DNA from: a virus
Lineage: Duplodnaviria > Heunggongvirae > Uroviricota > Caudoviricetes
IMG/VR virus record: IMGVR_UViG_2713896901_000003
Location: 1-9,599 of that record
DNA length: 9,599 nucleotides
Direction: 5' to 3' (one strand)
Shown here: positions 6,075 through 9,599 of the stretch, in pieces
Numbering within the stretch: the stretch's first letter is position 1
How the letters are laid out: each line of letters begins with the position of its first letter
The notes under the pieces: generated by a model
Told to the model about the DNA's origin: nothing
What the model saw: the letters and a program-made list of their open reading frames with translations, nothing else
The model's database searches: none
Made by a program: the position numbers and the translations under genes

Positions 6075-6545
6075 ATGACAAAATCATGGAGCGTACCTTT
6101 TCCTGAATCAGAAACTGAACATGAGGGAATGCCTGTTTTCTGGAGATTCCAGGCGACAGTTGAAGAAGATGGAATCAAAATATTCGCACTTCAATATATA
6201 GCTTTTCATCAGACAGAGCATTATGCATGGTTGGTTCCTGCGCATTGGATTGTTAATTTTAAACCAGCACCAAATCAGTGGTTACAGGAATGGAAACAAA
6301 GGAGAAATAGATATGCAATTAAGAAAGTAGCAAAAAATGCAGAAAGATCTTTTGCATTCCCAACGAAGAAACTTGCCATTGAAAGTTTATTGCGCCGGAA
6401 GAAATACCATTTAATGAGAATCAAACAAGATTTGGCTGTTGTATCAACTCTTGTTGATGGGATGAAGAATATTGATACATCAACACCAGATATTGAATAT
6501 AACTTTGGACACAACCAAGAAACAGAAAATTGGGTGTTTTATTAG
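6075..6545 (+). CDS. Hypothetical protein (156 aa), PL-operon accessory gene
   Basis: ATG 6075 with GAGG 6 nt upstream; the track's TTG 6063 is not used. AT-rich. Basic central segment (KQRRNRYAIKKVAKNAERS...LLRRKKYHLMRIK). No recognisable family. Confidence 0.75.
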   Translation: MTKSWSVPFPESETEHEGMPVFWRFQATVEEDGIKIFALQYIAFHQTEHYAWLVPAHWIVNFKPAPNQWLQEWKQRRNRYAIKKVAKNAERSFAFPTKKLAIESLLRRKKYHLMRIKQDLAVVSTLVDGMKNIDTSTPDIEYNFGHNQETENWVFY

Positions 6546-6557
6546 TACGAATAAGCA

Positions 6558-6589
6558 CTGTGTATTCATTCCAACGAGTGAATACACGG
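6558..6589. repeat. Inverted repeat: 9-bp perfect arms GTGTATTCA / TGAATACAC separated by 10 bp
   Basis: Arms at 6560-6568 and 6579-6587, extendable to about 11 bp with one G-U pair. No T-tract follows. Confidence 0.5.
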
Positions 6590-6649
6590 AGCAATGTCGC
6601 TCGTAACTAAACAGGAGCCGACTTGTTCTGATTATTGGAAATCTTCTTT

Positions 6650-6675
6650 GCCCTCTAATGTGAGGGCGATTTTTT
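6650..6675 (+). terminator. Intrinsic terminator between the 156-aa ORF and the ea10-like gene
   Basis: Stem GCCCTC (6650-6655) / GAGGGC (6662-6667) with a 6-nt loop, then GATTTTTT. Confidence 0.65.
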
Positions 6676-6695
6676 ATCTATGAGGATATGAATAG

Positions 6696-7064
6696 ATGTC
6701 AAACATCAAAAAATACATCATTGATTGCGACTGGAAAGCATCAATAGAAATTGAAATCGACCATGACGTAATGACAGAGGAAAAACTTCACCAGATTAAT
6801 AATTTCTGGTCAGACTCTGAATACCGACTCAATAAACACGGCTCTGTATTAAATGCTGTATTAATCATGCTGGCGCAACATGCTCTGCTTATAGCAATTT
6901 CAAGCGACTTAAATGCATATGGTGTTGTGTGTGAGTTCGACTGGAATGATGGAAATGGTCAGGAAGGATGGCCTCCAATGGATGGTAGCGAAGGAATAAG
7001 AATTACCGATATCGATACATCAGGAATATTTGATTCAGATGATATGACTATCAAAGCCGCCTGA
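6696..7064 (+). CDS. Hypothetical 122-aa protein, probably the lambda Ea10 (ssb) equivalent
   Basis: GAGGA Shine-Dalgarno before ATG 6696. Its size and its position relative to cIII match lambda ea10 when mapped through the collinear cIII-exo block. I do not recall the Ea10 sequence, so identity is unverified. Confidence 0.6.
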   Translation: MSNIKKYIIDCDWKASIEIEIDHDVMTEEKLHQINNFWSDSEYRLNKHGSVLNAVLIMLAQHALLIAISSDLNAYGVVCEFDWNDGNGQEGWPPMDGSEGIRITDIDTSGIFDSDDMTIKAA

Positions 7065-7087
7065 GCGCTGCGTTACCGCATACCAAT

Positions 7088-7114
7088 AACGCTTCACTCG
7101 AGGCGTTTTTCGTT
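7088..7114 (+). terminator. Possible terminator or structured element upstream of cIII
   Basis: About 8-bp stem (7088-7095 / 7100-7107, one G-U pair) with a 4-nt loop, followed by TTTCGTT. Confidence 0.3.
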
Positions 7115-7136
7115 ATGTATAAATAAGGAGCACACC

Positions 7137-7301
7137 ATGCAATATGCCATTGCAGGGTGGCCTGTTGCTGGCTGCCCTTCCGAATCTTTACTTGAACGAA
7201 TCACCCGTAAATTACGTGACGGATGGAAACGCCTTATCGACATACTTAATCAGCCAGGAGTCCCAAAAAATGGATCAAACACTTATGGCTATCCAGACTA
7301 A
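7137..7301 (+). CDS. cIII: CIII (inhibitor of FtsH/HflB; stabilises CII), 54 aa
   Basis: Hand-translated from ATG 7137: [54 protein letters not shown], matching lambda CIII as recalled. AAGGAG Shine-Dalgarno. Below the ORF-track size cutoff. Confidence 0.9.
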   Translation: MQYAIAGWPVAGCPSESLLERITRKLRDGWKRLIDILNQPGVPKNGSNTYGYPD

Positions 7302-7413
7302 ATTCACTATCGCCACTTTTATTGGCGATGAAAAGATGTTTCGTGAGGCCGTCGACGCTTATAAAAAATGGATATTAATACTGAAACTGAGATCAAGCAA
7401 AAGCATTCACTAA
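7270..7413 (+). CDS. kil: Kil (host-killing / cell-division inhibitor), 47 aa
   Basis: Internal ATG of track ORF 7144-7413 gives [47 protein letters not shown]. The 32-nt overlap with cIII and 46-nt overlap with gam match the lambda arrangement. Confidence 0.85.
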   Translation: MDQTLMAIQTKFTIATFIGDEKMFREAVDAYKKWILILKLRSSKSIH

Positions 7414-7784
7414 CCCACTTCCCTGTTTTCCTAATCAGCCCGGCATTTCGCGGGCGATATTTTCACAGCTATTTCAGGAGTTCAGCCATGAACGCTTATT
7501 ACATTCAGGATCGTCTTGAGGCTCAGAGCTGGACGCGTCACTACCAGCAGATCGCCCGTGAAGAGAAAGAGGCAGAACTGGCAGACGACATGGAAAAAGG
7601 CCTGCCCCAGCACCTGTTTGAATCGCTATGCATCGATCATTTGCAACGCCACGGGGCCAGCAAAAAAGCCATTACCCGTGCGTTTGATGACGATGTTGAG
7701 TTTCAGGAGCGCATGGCAGAACACATCCGGTACATGGTTGAAACCATTGCTCACCATCAGGTTGATATTGATTCAGAGGTATAA
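7368..7784 (+). CDS. gam: Gam (RecBCD inhibitor), 138 aa long form
   Basis: [16 protein letters not shown]...[10 protein letters not shown] is near-identical to lambda Gam as recalled. The internal ATG at 7488, with CAGGAG upstream, would give the 98-aa short form. Confidence 0.95.
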   Translation: MDINTETEIKQKHSLTHFPVFLISPAFRGRYFHSYFRSSAMNAYYIQDRLEAQSWTRHYQQIAREEKEAELADDMEKGLPQHLFESLCIDHLQRHGASKKAITRAFDDDVEFQERMAEHIRYMVETIAHHQVDIDSEV

Positions 7785-7789
7785 AACGG

Positions 7790-8575
7790 ATGAGTACAGC
7801 ACTCGCAACGCTGGCAGGGAAGCTGGCTGAACGTGTCGGCATGGATTCTGTCGACCCACAGGAACTGATCACCACTCTTCGCCAGACGGCATTTAAAGGT
7901 GATGCCAGCGATGCGCAGTTCATCGCATTGCTGATCGTCGCCAACCAGTACGGCCTTAATCCGTGGACGAAAGAAATTTACGCCTTCCCTGACAAGCAGA
8001 ACGGCATCGTTCCGGTGGTGGGCGTTGATGGCTGGTCCCGCATCATCAATGAAAACCAGCAGTTTGATGGCATGGACTTTGAGCAGGACAATGAATCCTG
8101 TACATGCCGGATTTACCGCAAAGACCGTAATCATCCGATCTGCGTTACCGAATGGATGGATGAATGCCGCCGCGAACCATTCAAAACCCGCGAAGGCAGA
8201 GAAATCACCGGACCGTGGCAGTCGCATCCCAAACGGATGTTACGGCATAAAGCCATGATTCAGTGTGCCCGTCTGGCCTTCGGATTTGCTGGTATCTATG
8301 ACAAGGATGAAGCCGAGCGCATTGTCGAAAATACCGCATACACTGCAGAACGTCAGCCGGAACGCGACATCACTCCGGTTAACGATGAAACCATGCAGGA
8401 GATTAACACTCTGCTGATTGCCCTGGACAAAACATGGGATGACGACTTATTGCCGCTCTGTTCCCAGATATTTCGCCGCGACATTCGCGCATCGTCAGAA
8501 CTGACACAGGCCGAAGCAGTGAAAGCTCTTGGATTCCTGAAACAGAAAGCCTCTGAACAGAAGGTGGCTGCATGA
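7790..8575 (+). CDS. bet: Bet (Red-beta single-strand annealing protein), 261 aa
   Basis: [82 protein letters not shown]... is near-identical to lambda Bet as recalled. Confidence 0.97.
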   Translation: MSTALATLAGKLAERVGMDSVDPQELITTLRQTAFKGDASDAQFIALLIVANQYGLNPWTKEIYAFPDKQNGIVPVVGVDGWSRIINENQQFDGMDFEQDNESCTCRIYRKDRNHPICVTEWMDECRREPFKTREGREITGPWQSHPKRMLRHKAMIQCARLAFGFAGIYDKDEAERIVENTAYTAERQPERDITPVNDETMQEINTLLIALDKTWDDDLLPLCSQIFRRDIRASSELTQAEAVKALGFLKQKASEQKVAA

Positions 8576-9252
8576 CACCGGACATTATCCTGCAGCGTAC
8601 CGGGATCGACGTGAGAGCTGTCGAACAGGGGGATGATGCGTGGCACAAATTACGGCTCGGCGTCATTACAGCTTCAGAAGTTCACAACGTGATAGCAAAA
8701 CCCCGATCCGGAAAGAAATGGCCTGACATGAAAATGTCCTACTTCCACACCCTGCTTGCTGAGGTTTGCACCGGTGTGGCTCCGGAAGTTAATGCTAAGG
8801 CGCTGGCCTGGGGAAAACAGTACGAGAACGACGCCAGAACCCTGTTTGAATTCACTTCCGGCGTGAATGTTACTGAATCCCCGATCATCTATCGCGACGA
8901 AAGTATGCGCACCGCCTGCTCTCCCGATGGTTTATGCAGTGACGGCAATGGCCTTGAGCTGAAATGCCCGTTTACCTCCCGGGATTTCATGAAGTTCCGG
9001 CTCGGTGGTTTCGAGGCCATAAAGTCGGCTTACATGGCCCAGGTGCAGTACAGCATGTGGGTGACGCGAAAAGATGCCTGGTACTTTGCCAACTATGACC
9101 CGCGAATGAAGCGTGAAGGCCTGCATTATGTCGTGGTTGAGCGGGATGAAAAGTACATAGCGAGTTTTGACGAGATGGTGCCGGAGTTCATCGAAAAAAT
9201 GGACGAGGCACTAGCTGAAATTGGTTTTGTATTTGGGGAGCAATGGCGATGA
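8572..9252 (+). CDS. exo: Exo (Red-alpha 5'-3' exonuclease), 226 aa
   Basis: [69 protein letters not shown]... is near-identical to lambda Exo as recalled. ATGA overlap with the bet stop. Confidence 0.97.
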   Translation: MTPDIILQRTGIDVRAVEQGDDAWHKLRLGVITASEVHNVIAKPRSGKKWPDMKMSYFHTLLAEVCTGVAPEVNAKALAWGKQYENDARTLFEFTSGVNVTESPIIYRDESMRTACSPDGLCSDGNGLELKCPFTSRDFMKFRLGGFEAIKSAYMAQVQYSMWVTRKDAWYFANYDPRMKREGLHYVVVERDEKYIASFDEMVPEFIEKMDEALAEIGFVFGEQWR

Positions 9253-9431
9253 AGCATCCTCACGATAATATCCGGGTAGGCGCGATAACTTTCGTCTACT
9301 CCGTTACAAAGCGAGGCTGGGTATTTCCCGGCCTTTCTGTTATCCGAAATCCACTGAAAGCACAGCGGCTGGCTGAAGAGATAAATAATAAACGAGGGAC
9401 TGTATGCACAAAGCATCTCCTGTTGAATTAA
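9249..9431 (+). CDS. Small hypothetical protein (60 aa), lambda orf60a-like
   Basis: ATG 9249 overlaps the exo stop. The 183-nt length and position after exo match lambda orf60a as recalled. The track starts two codons earlier at 9243. Confidence 0.65.
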   Translation: MKHPHDNIRVGAITFVYSVTKRGWVFPGLSVIRNPLKAQRLAEEINNKRGTVCTKHLLLN

Positions 9432-9595
9432 GAACGAGTATCGGGATGGCACATAGCCTCGCTCAAATTGGAGTCAGGTTTGTGCCAATACCAGTAGAAA
9501 CAGACGAAGAATTTCATACGTTAGCCACATCCCTTTCACAAAAGCTGGAAATGATGGCGGCGAAAGCAGAAGCAAACGAGAGAGACCCGGCATGA
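9404..9595 (+). CDS. Small hypothetical protein (63 aa), lambda b-region-proximal ORF
   Basis: The 192-nt ORF overlaps the previous gene by 28 nt, which is the lambda arrangement as recalled. Confidence 0.65.
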   Translation: MHKASPVELRTSIGMAHSLAQIGVRFVPIPVETDEEFHTLATSLSQKLEMMAAKAEANERDPA

Positions 9596-9599
9596 CAAC
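9592..9599 (+). CDS. Start of the next small ORF, truncated by the window edge
   Basis: ATG 9592 overlaps the preceding stop (ATGA), continuing the pattern of overlapping small ORFs. Confidence 0.3.

Larger units (their letters stand above)
1..9599. mobile_element. Segment of a lambdoid prophage/phage genome: replication, immunity, N/antitermination and Red recombination modules
   Basis: Gene order and orientation match the lambda early region: cI between divergent operator clusters, cro-cII-O-helicase on one strand, N-(accessory)-cIII-kil-gam-bet-exo on the other. Several proteins match lambda proteins recalled from memory. Confidence 0.9.

Noticed and set aside
5100-6514. Minus-strand ORFs 5100-5363, 5369-5560, 5638-5841, 5648-6049 and 6275-6514
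   Set aside because: Antisense to the N-like gene and the two accessory ORFs, inside an operon transcribed rightward from PL; no ribosome-binding sites.
7144-7269. N-terminal extension of the kil ORF (89-aa version)
   Set aside because: The extension overlaps cIII in another frame. The 47-aa Kil starting at ATG 7270 matches the lambda arrangement.
7516-9452. Alternative-frame and antisense ORFs across gam, bet and exo (7516-7830, 7672-7944, 7757-8227, 8025-8258, 8353-8646, 8403-8666, 8932-9126, 9126-9452)
   Set aside because: The gam, bet and exo frames match lambda proteins near-identically; these overlapping frames are spurious.

Overview
This 9.6 kb window is the early region of a mosaic lambdoid (lambda-like) prophage or phage. 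All calls come from reading the sequence and the ORF track by hand; no searches were run, and similarity to phage lambda proteins is from memory. Minus strand, left to right: a hypothetical 89-aa gene, a DnaB-family replicative helicase, an O-like replication initiator with ori iterons inside the gene, a CII homolog and Cro. The immunity switch follows: a three-site OR with divergent PR and PRM, then a CI repressor with a LexA-type self-cleavage domain on the plus strand. Downstream of cI sits an AT-rich small single-pass membrane protein with its own terminator, then OL/PL, nutL, an N-like antiterminator that appears split across two reading frames, and two unknown AT-rich ORFs. The right third is a lambda-type block: a likely ea10, then cIII, kil, gam, bet, exo and two small ORFs. 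The best candidates for undescribed biology are the small membrane protein in the rex-equivalent position (4345-4641) and the two-ORF cassette between N and the lambda-type block (5388-6545). The frame-split N and a plus-strand terminator hairpin directly downstream of the predicted PRE are unusual regulatory features worth checking.
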